Position numbers and translations under genes: made by a program. Positions 13,482-26,676 of a stretch of 64,000 nucleotides of DNA are shown here, piece after piece. The notes under the pieces were generated by a model that worked only from the letters and a program-made list of their open reading frames with translations, searched no databases and had not been told where the DNA came from. The number at the start of each line of letters is the position of its first letter. Position 1 is the stretch's first letter. The DNA comes from Octopus sinensis (Eukaryota): positions 107,756,001 through 107,820,000 of the forward strand of contig NC_043000.1 in assembly GCF_006345805.1 (NCBI RefSeq), in the 5' to 3' direction.

Positions 13482-13789
13482 GTATGTATGTATGTATCGA
13501 GGCAATTGATATTACTATTCTATGAATTTAAATAATAGATTTTCTTTTGCTACGTTTCTGTAAACGAAATTTGAGGAAATATAATTACAACTCAAAATAA
13601 TAATTATGAAATTAGATATCTATCTCCCCAAAAGCTTTAGAATTTCCTAAATTGAAGAACTATATTGGTATTGAATAGATTTGCACTTTTAGCACTTTCA
13701 AACCGAATTGGATCTCACATCTGCACGTCCATAGAGACAAACATACCAAGAAGAAACTGGAGAAGAATTAAATAATGGTTTCAAATTTT

Positions 13790-16760
13790 GGCACAAGGCT
13801 AGCAATTTCAGAGGCGGATGTGGTGTGTAAGTCGATTACATCGACACCAGTGCTCAACTGGAACTTATTTTATCGGCCCGGAAAGGATGAAATGCAAAGT
13901 CGACCTCGGTGGAATGTGAACTCAGAACGTAAAGACAGATGAAATACCGCTAAGAATTTTGCCCGTCGTCTTAACGATTCAGCCAGCTCGCCGCCTTTGA
14001 AATAATAATAACAATCATTTTTATTCTAGTGGCACGAGGCCTGAAATTTAGGGTGTGGGGGGGACTAGTAGATAACATCGACCTCAGTGCGTAACTGGTA
14101 CTTAATTTAACGACCCCGAAAGGATGAAAGGCAAAGTCGACCTCGGCGGAATTTGAACTCAGAACGTAGCGACAGACAAAATACTGCTAAACATTTCGCT
14201 CGGCGTGCTAACGATTCTGCCAGCTCGCTGCCTAGGAATAATAATCAGTAAACGAAGTAGCAGAAAGTACAACTATTTTCTATCTCCATAATTCTCGTTC
14301 TTTCTACCTACGTATCTGTCTATATCATACATCCTCTTTCTTTCTCTAATTTATGTTTGTTTCTTCTATTGTGATATATAGGAGATATATGGCAGTCTAT
14401 TGACACCGGTGCTCAACTGCTGCTTATATTATGAACACCCCTAGAATTTGAACTCGGAACACGAAGACGGGCGAAATGCAGCTCAGCATGCCAACGCTGT
14501 TCAGCGTGCCAACGTTTCTGCCATCATTTGGCAGAAACGTTAGCACATCCGGCGAAATGCCAAGCGGTATTTCGTCTGCGTTACGTTGTGAGTTCGAATT
14601 CCGCCGAGGTCGACTTTGCCTTTCATCCCTTTCGGGGTCGATAAATCAAGTACCAGTTACGCACTGGGGTCGATGTAATCGACTTAATACCTATGTCTGT
14701 CCTTGTTTGTCCCCTCTGTGTTTAGCCCCTTGTGGGTAATAAAGAAATAGGTATTTCGTCTGCCGTTACGTTCTGAGTTCAAATTCCGCCGAGGACGAAT
14801 TTGCCTTTCATCCTTTCGGGGTCGATTAAATAAGTACCAGCTAATCACTGGGGTCAATGTAATAGACTTAACCCCCTTTGTCCGTCCTTGTTTGTCCTCT
14901 CTATGATTAGCCTCCTGTGGGCAATAAAGAAATAAAATAATTGTTTCAAATTTTGCCACAAGGGCAGCAATTTGGGAAGAGAGGAGGAGTCGATTTCATG
15001 GACCCCTAGTATTTAACTGGTACTTATTTTAACGACGCCGAAAAGACGAAAGGCAAAATTGACTTCGGCGGAACGTAGCGACGCGCGAAATACTTATTTC
15101 TTTACTACCCACAAGGGACTAAACACAGAGAGGACAAACAAGGACAGACAAACGGATTATCTCGATTTTATCGACCCCAGTGCGTAACTGGTACTCATTT
15201 AATCGACCCCGAAAGTATGAAAGGCAAAGTCGACCTCGGCAGAATTTGAACTCAGAACGTAGCGGCAGACGAAATACCGCTAAGCATTTCGCCCGGCGAG
15301 CTAACGATTCTGCCAGCTCGCCGCCTTAATTTGGCTTTTAATAATAACCTTTCTATTATAGGCCCAAGGCCTGAAATTTCGGAGCGGGGGATAGTCGATT
15401 GCATCGACGTCAGTACTCAACTGGTATTAAATTTACGACCCCAAAAGGACAAAAAGTAAAGTCGATCTCGGCGGAATTTGAACTCAGAACATTGCGACGC
15501 GCGAAATACCGTTAAGCATTTCGTCCAGCCTACTAACGATTCTTTCTACTACAGGCACATGGCTTGAAATTTGGGGGAGGGGACTAATCGATTACATTCG
15601 TCCCAGTACGCACCTGGTACTTAATTTATCGACTCGAAGGATGATGAATGGCAAAGTCGACATCGGCGGAATTTGAACTCAGAACGTAGTGCAGATGAAA
15701 TACCTATTTTGTACTACCCACAAGGGACTAAACACAGAGAGGACAAACAAGGACGACAAACGGATTATCTCGATTTTATCGACCCCAGTGCGTAATGGTA
15801 CTCATTTAATCGACCCCGAAAGTATGAAAGGCAAAGTCGACCTCAGGAATTTGAACTCAGAACGTAGCGGCAGACGAAATACGCAAGCATTTCGCCCGGC
15901 GAGCTAACGATTCTGCCAGCTCGCCGCCTTAATTTGGCTTTTAATAATAACCTTTCTGTATAGGCCCAAGGCCTGAAATTTCGGAGCGGGGATAGTCGAT
16001 TGCATCGACGTCAGTACTCAACTGTATTAAATTTACGACCCCAAAAGGACAAAAAGTAAAGTCGATCTCGGCGGAATTTGACTCAGAACATTGCGACGCG
16101 CGAAATACCGTTAAGCATTTAGTCCAGCCTACAACGATTCTTCTACTACAGGCACATGGCTTGAATTTTGGGGGAGGGGACTAATCGATTAATTCGTCCC
16201 AGTACGCACCATGGTACTTAATTATCGACTCCGAAAGGATGATGGCAAAGTCGACATCGGCGGAATTTGAACTCAGAACGTAGTGCAGATTGAAATACCT
16301 ATTTCTGTACTACCCACAAGGGGCTAAACACAGAGAGGACAAACAGGGACAGACAAACGGATTAAGTCGATTAAGTCGATTAATCGACCCCAGTGCGTAA
16401 CTGGTACTTATTTAATCGACCCCGAAAGGATGAAAGGCAAAGTCGACCTCGGCTGAATTTGAACTCAGAACGCAGACAGACGAAATGCCGCTAAACATTT
16501 CTCCCGGCGTGCTAACGTTTCTTATTTCTTTACTGCCCACAAGGGGATACGCACAGAAGGAACAAACAAGGAGAGACAAGCGGATTAAGTCGATTGTTTC
16601 GACCCCAGTGCGTAACTGGTACTTATTTAATCGATCCCGAAAGGATGAAAGGTAACGTCGACCTCGGCGGAATTTGAACCCAGAACGTAGCGGCAGACGA
16701 AATACTGCAAAGCATTTCGCTCAGCGTGCTAACGTTTCTGCCAGCTCGCCGCCTTAATTT
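13790..16760. mobile_element. Dense cluster of family N SINE monomers and concatemers in both orientations
   Basis: More than 12 copies of the GGCGGAATTTGAACTCAGAAC B-box segment. Confidence 0.9.
15103..16307. repeat. ~600-bp direct tandem duplication (15103-15711 / 15712-16307)
   Basis: Same idiosyncratic SINE junctions in both units; differences are mostly 1-2 bp indels. Confidence 0.9.
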
Positions 16761-16839
16761 GGTTTTTAATAATAACAATGCAGAACTGCAAACACATTCT
16801 ATTTCTCGGTTTTATGTCAGTGAGGACTCAGTATATGTT

Positions 16840-17945
16840 GGTGACGTTAGATTTAACATTTTTCTTATCTAGGCAGAACTAAGCGTACCGTTTTGGCGAT
16901 GTAAGGATCTACGTTTTGGTATAGATGTTAGATTTCAAGTTTTAGGGAAAGAAAGTTGGGGAAGGAGATTTTATCGATGTCAGATGTTAAATTTCACGTT
17001 TTGAATTTTAAATTTCAAATTTTTGTGACGTTTTATTTCTGATTTAATTAGTGTTAAATTACAGACTTTGTTTTTTTCTTTTTCGTGGCTGCACTTCAAG
17101 TTTCTCCGGCGTTAGATTCCAACATTTATTTACATAAACTTCCCAGTTCTATAGACATTCAATTTTGCGTTTTGTCGAGTGTTTCTATTGTGGGGATTTA
17201 CATTTCATGTTGAAAAATGTGAGTTTTCATGTCTAATCGATGTTAGAATTCACATTTTATCAATGTTACTTTCACCGTTGGGCGATGTTAGATTTCACTC
17301 CTTAGTGATATTAGATTTCAGCTTTGGTAAAGCAATATTTCCACGTTTTATCGAGTTTAGATTTCACGTTTTCGATACTAACCTTCCCACGGGCATATGG
17401 CGTAGTGGTTAAAAGTGTGGGCTACTAACCCCAAGATTCCGAGTTCGATTCCAAGCAGTGACCTGAACACTAATAATAATAATAGTAACATCGAAAAATA
17501 CCTTAGGAATGAGAACCTAGGTTCGAAATTTCCCGAAGACAGCCAGCTGAAGAAGGCTGGAGGGTATATCAGCCGAAACGTTGTGTTAACAACAAACAAG
17601 ATGAGAACAAATATTCGTCGAATGTAAATAACGTACTAATTTTCCGGGGTTTTTTTCAGTGTTAGACTTCAGGTTTTGATGACATAAATTTCCTCGTTTT
17701 ATCGATGTCAGATTTTCTGTGTTGCGTTTGTTTATTTTTTTGTTTACGTAGTGTGATTTTGCACATTTAGGCAGTGCTAAACGTTGTATATTTGGCGAGT
17801 TAAGGACCTATATCTCGGTATTGACAAAGTCCACGTTTTGTGTGATTTTAATCGAGACCAATGTTGATTCTCAGTTTCTTTTTTATGTTAGGTTTCCTCT
17901 TTCATTTTTTGTAATTTTTCAGTGTTAGCTTTCACGTATCGTTGA
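16840..17945. repeat. Decayed ~23-bp minisatellite (GATGTTAGATTTCACGTTTT-like) interrupted by a SINE
   Basis: Recurrent GTTAGATTTCA motif at regular spacing. Confidence 0.6.
17390..17640 (+). mobile_element. tRNA-headed SINE carrying a hammerhead core (family S)
   Basis: A box TGGCGTAGTGG, anticodon-like GGG-CTACTAA-CCC, B box GTTCGATTCC; then CTGAAGA-A-GGCTG..CAGCC-GAAA-CGT-T-GTGTT at 17547-17587. Confidence 0.75.
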
Positions 17946-18068
17946 CAGAAAAATCCTGGATTTGATGGCATCGAGTAAGCCGTCCCATAAAATTGCTGAC
18001 CGCTTAGAACAGTTGTTGTGATCGGTAATAAAGGACACAGTTTAAAAGAGACATGATTATTATTTCCT

Positions 18069-18290
18069 AAGGCGGTGAGCTGGCAGAATCGTTAGCACGC
18101 CGGGCAAAATGCTTAGCGATATTTCGTCCGTCTGCACATTCTGAGTTCAAACTCCGCCGAGGTTGACTTTGCCTTTCATCGATTCGGGAGTCGATAAATT
18201 AAGTGCCAGTGAAATACTGCGGTCGATGTAATCGACTAGTTTCTTCCCCACAAATTTCATGCCTTGTGCCTTTAGTAGAAATGATATGGT
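18069..18290 (+). mobile_element. Family N SINE with the alternative CCCC-AAATTTCA-GCCTTG tail
   Basis: Head, B box and core as in other copies. Confidence 0.85.
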
Positions 18291-20194
18291 TATTATTTCT
18301 TACAAGTCGAGAAAATAGAAGAAACGCCTTTATTAGCTTGCAAGGCTCTCCCACGGGTAAACTATACCAGCATGTGACTCTTAGTGTTGTATAAACTAAC
18401 TAAGCTATTGATGACTACGAAACTTGTTAGTACACACAACAGAGTCACAATGGAAAGAAATGTGATGTGAGTCTTTCAATCACGATATTTGTGCATTGTA
18501 CCTGGGAAAACCTCCTCTCGGTAGATTAATCTGCCAGAAATGTAAGCTAAATTTCTCTCAAATAAAACGAGGAGATGAATCATGGAAAGGCATAACTTTC
18601 TTTTGCATACAAAAGACAGGATTGTCACGGTTGGAATGCCTCTTATAATTTTGCTTCATCCGGATTGACTCGGTGAAACACGAAACCATCAAAAACTAGC
18701 TGGTAGAGCGGGCAGTTGAAATTAAAGAAATTTGTGAAAGATGTAATGCAGCTACGGTGCCTGTACAGGAAACAACTTGATTGATCGGTAGAGTGTCTTT
18801 ATTACCCTTCAGTGAGCTTCACATTATCACAAGATCGATAAAGTAAAAACTTAACTAAAATAGTTTTAAAAATCTTGTGATCAAATACAGGAGAACAATC
18901 AAGTGTTTGTTGTTTATTTAGCCCAAGGTCATCCCTGATTGAGAAAATCTAAAAACAAAGGCTTTCCAACCACGAACACCTGATTTTCTTTACAGAAATA
19001 ATTTTTATTGGCCTACATTATTCGAAGTTTTCTTCCCTTTTTATTTTTGAACAATAATGTACGATTCGAGGGAGATTTGGCTGTTGTTACCAGCAGAAAA
19101 AATGTTCACATATATGCTACCTTCGTTGATACTACTATATCACGTCGCATCAATACAGCTGTGTCACTTTGTTCTGTCGGTGACAAGGTAGTATTGATGT
19201 GATTGATAATAAACACCGACTCCTTGATTGGCTGTTCATACAATATCGATCCAGCGGTTCCTTGTGTCATTTGGTCGCAAGGGGACAAAATTGTTAAACA
19301 ATGATGCAAAACATTTAATTCAACATTCTATTCTCTTGGCCAATTCTACCATTTTAAAGTGTGTGTTGGTGGTGTTGATGGTAGTGGAAGTGGTGGTGGG
19401 TATTCAACCAGAATAAATTTAGTAAAGGTTTCGTGGAATATTCATAGGTTCAAATGCCACGATGTTTCTAAAGTATAACGCTATGCAATTTTACAGTTGA
19501 TCAGGGAGAAGGTAAAAGATAGATCTGTTAACTTGGAAGTCGATAGTAAAAAAATAAGATCCTACGAATAATTGAGTGCTATAACTCTAAGAGATAGACA
19601 CAGTTATGGCTGAATGCCTAAGAAGTTTACTTCATGTATTCATGAGGTCTTGGTTTTGATTCAGGTGTATAGTATAATGCGTATTTGCTTTTTTTACATT
19701 AACCTCGGACTGACCCTGTCCTTGTGAGAGATAGTGGGTAGATAAAAACGATTTCGAAGTCGTTGGTGCACATAAAATTCAAATAGTGTGGCTTTTAACA
19801 CAATATGCCATAGTGTTTCTTCCTGGGAATTATGCTACAGATACAAGTCTATTTGGAATATTCCAGCGCATGCAAACAAATTCAACGAATAAGCTATTCC
19901 GTTGATGAAACCACCGGACAAAATTCTATCGAAACCTGCCAAAATCCACTTCTGTTTACAATTACTCATAGATTTAATTAAGTAGGTGGTACATTAGGCA
20001 AGTGTTGCTTTATATTTTACACCCTAATTCTACCCAAAACTTTTCAGTAAAACTTGGACATTCAGAAATTATTTGGTATTGCATTGGTTGGTTGACCACC
20101 GTAAATTAAAAGACCCTGTTTTTTTTCAGGTAGACACGTGCTTTAAACTATCGTTTCTCTTTTTGCTTTTTTTTTTTAGATCAATTTTACTCAT

Positions 20195-20525
20195 GTGAAG
20201 GCGCATTGCTCAGTGGTTTAAGCGGTGGGTTACAATTATGAGGTAGTGAGTTCGATTCCCGGACCGGGTTGTCTATTGTGTTCTTGAGCAAGACACTTCA
20301 TTTCACGTTGCTTTATTTCACTCGGCTGGAGAAATGAGTTGCGAAGTCATTAGTGTCAAGCTGTATCGGCCTTTGCTTTCTCCATGGATAACATCGGTGG
20401 TATGGGGGAAGAGAGGCTGGTATACATGGGCGACTGGTGGTCTTCCATAACAAAAACCTTGCTCGAACTTGTGCCTTGGAGGGTAACTATCCCGGTGGAA
20501 TCCCAAGGTCATTCTTGACCAACGG
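20195..20525 (+). mobile_element. tRNA-derived SINE (family M)
   Basis: GCTCAGTGG A box, GAGTTCGATTCCC B box, TGTGTTCTTGAGCAAGACACTT body shared with 35293-35614 and 51857-52015. Confidence 0.85.
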
Positions 20526-20694
20526 TCTTTACCCTCTCTCTTCCTCAACTTTGATAAAAAAAAATTCACCTGAAACATTAATCTACCCCTTTACTTCTCC
20601 TTCCTCTTTTATAGACACACAATTCACTGGGCACATTATTTATGTTAAGTTACTTTGTGTGCTTACATTTTCTCCACTATCTTTTAAATACTCA

Positions 20695-20886
20695 TTTCCT
20701 ATATTTAAGAGATGAGCATTTATGTACATTATTTGCATTATTTACAATTGACGGATACTAGTTCTCATTTTGTTTGTTGTTAACACACCGTTTCGGTTGA
20801 TATACCCTCCAGCCTTCATCATCGAACTCGGAATCTTGGAGTTAGTAGCCCTCACTCCTAACCACTACGCCATATGCACACGGGCA
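20695..20886 (-). mobile_element. Second family S copy (tRNA head + HHR tail) with an internal deletion
   Basis: Head joins at GTTCGAT|GATGAAGGCTGGAGGGTATATCAACCGAAAC; same downstream tail as 17590-17630. Confidence 0.75.
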
Positions 20887-21444
20887 AGTTAATCAAGTCG
20901 ATATACAAAAAATGTTAAATACATTTAATACAAAGAATGTACATATGTACACATATAAAAAACGTCTGACTGACACGGAATGGAAATGATATCAGGAATT
21001 AAGGGGGTTGAGATTTTTACTGGTCCATTACAAATTTCAGTGTCTCTACAACCTTTCTCTTGACTCATAGCTGATTTACCCTAAGAGAATGTTCTACCCG
21101 AAATATTTTTGCGCCTGTATTTATTATCATTTGCTTTTTGATTTTCGTGTGAAATTTAGAAACAATTGAGAATTGACTTTATTATTTCAAGTGAAATAAA
21201 GAAACAACAACAAAAAAAAACAAAACAAAAAACTGCTGGACCGTGTCAAAAATATGAAATCATTATTATTAATGATAATTTTATTGAGAGTAACTATAGG
21301 TGGCGTTACTTGGCTGTTGAGTGTGAAGCCAACTGCAGATGAAACTTCGAAGTTACTATCATTAAAAATAATATCTGACAACACTTGTCAGGAGTCCATT
21401 TTGAGTGAAATTATATTAAAACGTATACATTTTTAAATACAAAC

Positions 21445-21535
<91 letters not shown>

Positions 21536-21802
21536 GTGCGTGCATGTACGTTGGTGTGACGTTGTGTATGCGTGTGTACATATTTGTCCATTCATGGTGA
21601 CATTAAAGATATACAGACACAAAGGAGACAATAGCTCGTAGATCATGTCCAGACACAAGTGTCCGTGCACGGAACCAATATCAGCGAATCATGAATGGAA
21701 GCATGGAATGTATTCATAAGAGAGGTCAACGGGGCTACCCCCCCCCCCCCACATATATATACATAGATATAAGCGAGAAAGAAGCAACAAGAATGGATAG
21801 GT

Positions 21803-21893
21803 TTTTAGTACGATCGTTTCATACAAGGACAGGTTTTATTAAAAGTTGCAAAGATTACAGCATATAAACGAGTCCCGTACTCATCAGCTAAAA
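21803..21893 (-). ncRNA. Minimal type-I hammerhead ribozyme with canonical core (family A)
   Basis: Minus strand: TTTTAG-CTGATGA-GTAC..GTAT-GAAA-CGATCGT-A-CTAAAA. Confidence 0.85.
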
Positions 21894-23078
21894 TACATGT
21901 GAGTTCTCTAGACATCCTAGTGTTTGAGGCTATACTCATGAAGTAATGTAGATAATTAATTAACATAAACAGATTTCTAAAGTTCATTAAAGTTCTTTAA
22001 AGTTCTTAGATATATATATAAGTATACTCTCTCTCTCTCACACATACACACACATATATATATAAAATTAACTATAAAGCAGAAAAGTTTGCTCAGGAGC
22101 TTCAAACCTAGGTCGTATGAAGTTTTTCAGCAGGATGTTCAAAGAGTTTTCATTGCTCCACAAATATTTCAGGAGATCTAAGCGTACCCCATAGCATCCC
22201 ATGCTCCCGGCCCTATGATTATAACCAACCTCAGTAGCCAAATGTATTTCAATGAAGATAAACCAGTCAATCAATTATCGCCCGTTGTTCAACGAAGGTA
22301 CGATCTATATGCCTGAGTTACTGACTCTTAGCTTGTCTTTTGTATCACATGTGACATACAGGACACATTTCCCTGGCGTTCATGCATCATAAGTAAGATA
22401 CACGTTCCCATTTTTTTTCAACCGCCAAAATAACTTGAGACTTATGAAAGGAAAGTTTTATATTACACAGGACGAAAAGAGTAAAGGTTAACTAACATTC
22501 TGAAAGCACCCATGGACGTTTAGGACAAACTTATGAGAATGTTTTCGATAGGCAAAATGTTAAAATGTACTTCAGAGGCAAAATCAGTGTACCGCCAGTG
22601 TGACGAGATTGTATCTTTTGAATTACGGGTACAATCCACCTTACGGACTTCTATATATTTTCATTTCATCCAGTTTCACTCACACTGGGTGGGTCGAGCT
22701 GGAGTTATGGAAAATGGCATTTGCTCAAAATACCATGTATTAGGAGCGAGCCTCGGATCTTCTGGTCACGAAATGAACATCTTAAAACATTCGGCCATAC
22801 TGTCCCATCGAGTTCATGTAGACACATACACACATGCCCACACAGACGTAACAGTTCGCAAATGTCCCAGTCACATCATATACATACGCAAACGCACACA
22901 CATACACACATGCACACACACACACAAATACACACAAATATATCCCATTCACGTCACATATACTGACGCTTTGTGACAGATTTCAAATTGATCTGTCTCT
23001 GTCTCAGTCAGTCTGTCTCTCTCCCTCACACCCACGCGCACAGAAAGTTTAAGCGCTCGCGTGAGAGAGAAAGTCAGT

Positions 23079-23150
<72 letters not shown>

Positions 23151-23464
23151 TGACAGAGACATGTATGATAAACAAACGTTCATAAATACGACCATCCTTA
23201 CATTCATAGGCGAATAATCAATGATAAACTCACACACACACGCACGGATAGATCCACACATAAATAGATATATACGCGCACACACAAATCTCGATACACA
23301 AGCATCTACACCAAAGGAACGTATCAAACATACACATGTACTGATGAATTCACATTGTACTTCTCTTCTTGAGACACACACACCCAGATATATATATATG
23401 GTAATATATATATATGTATGTATATATATATAATATATATAATATATTATATATATATTATATA

Positions 23465-23535
<71 letters not shown>

Positions 23536-23537
<2 letters not shown>

Positions 23538-23945
23538 TGTTGGCTGTGTGGTAAGTAGCTTGCTAACCCCTACATGGTTCTGGGTTCAGTCCCACTGCGT
23601 CGCATCTTGGGCAATTGTCTTCTGCTATAGCCCCGGGCCGACCAATGCCTTGTGAGTGGATTTGGTAGACGGAAAGTGAAAGAAGCCTGTCGTATATATG
23701 TATATATGTATATATGTGTGTGTGTGTGTGTGCGTTTGTATGTCTGTGTTTGTCCCCCTAAGCATTGCTTGACAACCGATGCTGGTGTGTTTACGTCCCC
23801 GTCACTTAGCGGTTCGGCAAAAGAGACCGATAGAATAAGTACTGGGCTTACAAAGAATAAGTCCCGGGGTCGATTTGCTCGACTAAAGGCGGTGCTCCAG
23901 CATGGCCGCAGTCAATTGACTGAAACAAGTAAAAGAAAAAGAATA

Positions 23946-23948
<3 letters not shown>
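23536..23948 (+). mobile_element. tRNA-derived CORE-like SINE (family K) with internal (TA)n(TG)n
   Basis: TGGCTGTGTGG A box, GGTTCAGTCC B box, ATCTTGGGCAA CORE-like motif, GGCGGTGCTCCAGCATGGCC tail. Confidence 0.85.
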
Positions 23949-24020
<72 letters not shown>

Positions 24021-24329
24021 ATATGTATATATATATCTTCTTCTAAGAGTTATACGTTCTTGTCCATGTTGTATTTTTCTACATACCTTAATTATATATA
24101 TATATATATATAATATATATCTATATATACGCACATATACACATTTACACTCACGCACGTGCAGAAACACACACATTCATATACAGTAAACGACACTCAG
24201 AGATATATGTATACTCATACACTCGAAAATACGGAACACCCACACAAACATCTAGAAGTACAAAACAAACACACACCCACAAGCACACACACACGAACAC
24301 ACATACACATATGCACATATATATTCTTT

Positions 24330-24512
24330 TAGACGAACAAATCGACCCTAGGACTTATTCTTTGTAAGCCCAGTACTTATACTATCGATCTCTTTTGAAC
24401 CCAGAACCATGTTGTTGGTAAGCAAGCTACTTACCACACAGCCACTCCTGCGCCTATATATATGTATACACACACAGACGTATACATACACATATACATA
24501 TACATTCATATG

Positions 24513-24546
<34 letters not shown>

Positions 24547-24727
24547 TATATTTATTCTTTTATTCTTTTTTTCTTTTTCTTGTTTCGAACAAATAGGCCT
24601 CTGGACGTATTCTTTGTACGCCTAGTGTTTATTCTATCGGGCGCTTTGGCGAACCACTAGCTTACGCTAACGTAAACTCACCAACATCGGTTATCAAACG
24701 ATGGTAGGGCAACAATCACAGACACAA

Positions 24728-24777
<50 letters not shown>

Positions 24778-25659
24778 ACACATATATATGCAAGGGGCTT
24801 CTTTCAGCTTCCATCTATCGAATCCACTCAAAGGCTTTGGTCGGCCCAAGGCTATAGTAGAAGACACTTGCCCAAGGTGCCAAGCAGTCGGTCTGAACTG
24901 GGAACCATGTGGTTGGAAAGCAGTCACTCCTGCGCATGTATATATACACACGCACATATATCTATATGTATATTGCACACACACACACACACAAACACAC
25001 ACGCACACACACACATATATTATATATATATATAGACACACACACAAGCACGTTCAATACCTACATTGGCTAGTCTACATACATATACACGCATATGTAC
25101 ACACACACATATATACATGCATATACAACCATCCATCCATCCATCCATCCATGTACATGCATATGCACATTAATGCATACAGACACGCATAAACATATAT
25201 ACGTATATTCATAAGAATACATGCATCCCTCTCACCTTCTTTCTCTCTTTTTCTCTCTCTCTCTATATATATAAATATATATACTTGTTTCAGTAATTTG
25301 ACTGTGGCGATGCTGGAGCACCGCCTTTAGTCGAGCAAATAGATCCCAGGATGCATTCTTTGTAAGCCTAGTACTTATTCTATCGTTCTCTTCTGCCGAA
25401 CAGCTAAGTTACGGGGTACGTAGACACAGCAGCATCGGTTGTCAAGCGATGTTGAGGGAACAAACACAGACACACAAACACACGTATACATATATACGAC
25501 GGGCTTCTTTCAGTTTCCGTCTACCAAATCCACTCACAAAGCTTTGCTCGGCCCGAGGCTATAGTAGAAGACACTTGCCGAAGGTGCCACGCAGTGGGAC
25601 TGAACCCGGAACCATGTGGTTGGTAAGCAAGCTACTTACCACAACAGCCCCACTCCTAC

Positions 25660-25662
<3 letters not shown>
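24330..25662 (-). mobile_element. Three family K SINE copies (24330-24455 deleted, 24560-24936, 25284-25662) amid microsatellites
   Basis: Reverse-complement matches to the 23536 copy. Confidence 0.85.
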
Positions 25663-25720
<58 letters not shown>

Positions 25721-25729
25721 CATACATAT

Positions 25730-25764
<35 letters not shown>

Positions 25765-25897
25765 TATAATATATATATACAGGTTCATGTACAATTGGAT
25801 AAACATATGCATAAAACAAGCGAGCACACACAGATATATATATGCATATAAACTTACACACACACACCACATATATATATATTTATGTATATATACA

Positions 25898-25949
<52 letters not shown>

Positions 25950-26067
25950 TATGTATACGATGATCCGGTCTTGACTGAAGACTGAGGGGTTCGAATGTCC
26001 TGTCCATGTTTATTGTATCGTCTTCTAGGAGTTAACGTTCTTGTCCATGTTGTATTTTTCTACATAC

Positions 26068-26114
<47 letters not shown>

Positions 26115-26395
26115 CATAGAAACATAGGTATCCGTCCATACATAATTGTCATAAACACATAATCGAAACAATAACCTAAAGGGAACCATATAATTGCACG
26201 GACGCGCGAGCGCGCACGCACGCCCTACAAGTACATTAAGACGTGAAAACATATACATTGAGATGAACATTAATCCACACACACGGACACAATGCGTGCA
26301 AACTTATACTATACGTATTATAAAAGCACTCGCGAAACATAAACACCAGGACAAGTACACTGACACGTATTCACATACTGCTATATGTATAGATA

Positions 26396-26433
<38 letters not shown>

Positions 26434-26642
26434 CACACACATACAGATGGTACACCTACACACGCAGATACATACACGCACATACATACATAGACATATA
26501 TACTGTATGTATGTATTTATATATATATATGTATATATATATCAGAAATAGTAAATTTCTACGTGAGATATGTAATATATATATAATACAGATATATATA
26601 CATATATATGTATATACTTATATATATATATATATATAATAT

Positions 26643-26676
<34 letters not shown>

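Noticed and set aside
13790-16760. Regularly recurring GGCGGAATTTGAACTCAGAAC motif resembling a CRISPR repeat
   Set aside because: It is the SINE B-box region; intervening sequences are homologous and no cas genes are present
17398-17462. SINE heads as genuine tRNA genes
   Set aside because: No acceptor-stem closure or poly-T terminator, and they run into SINE bodies
25960-26070. CTGAAGA...GAATGTC repeat (also minus strand near 41000-41110) as a hammerhead
   Set aside because: GAAT instead of GAAA and no stem I pairing; it may still be a pLTR-like repeat
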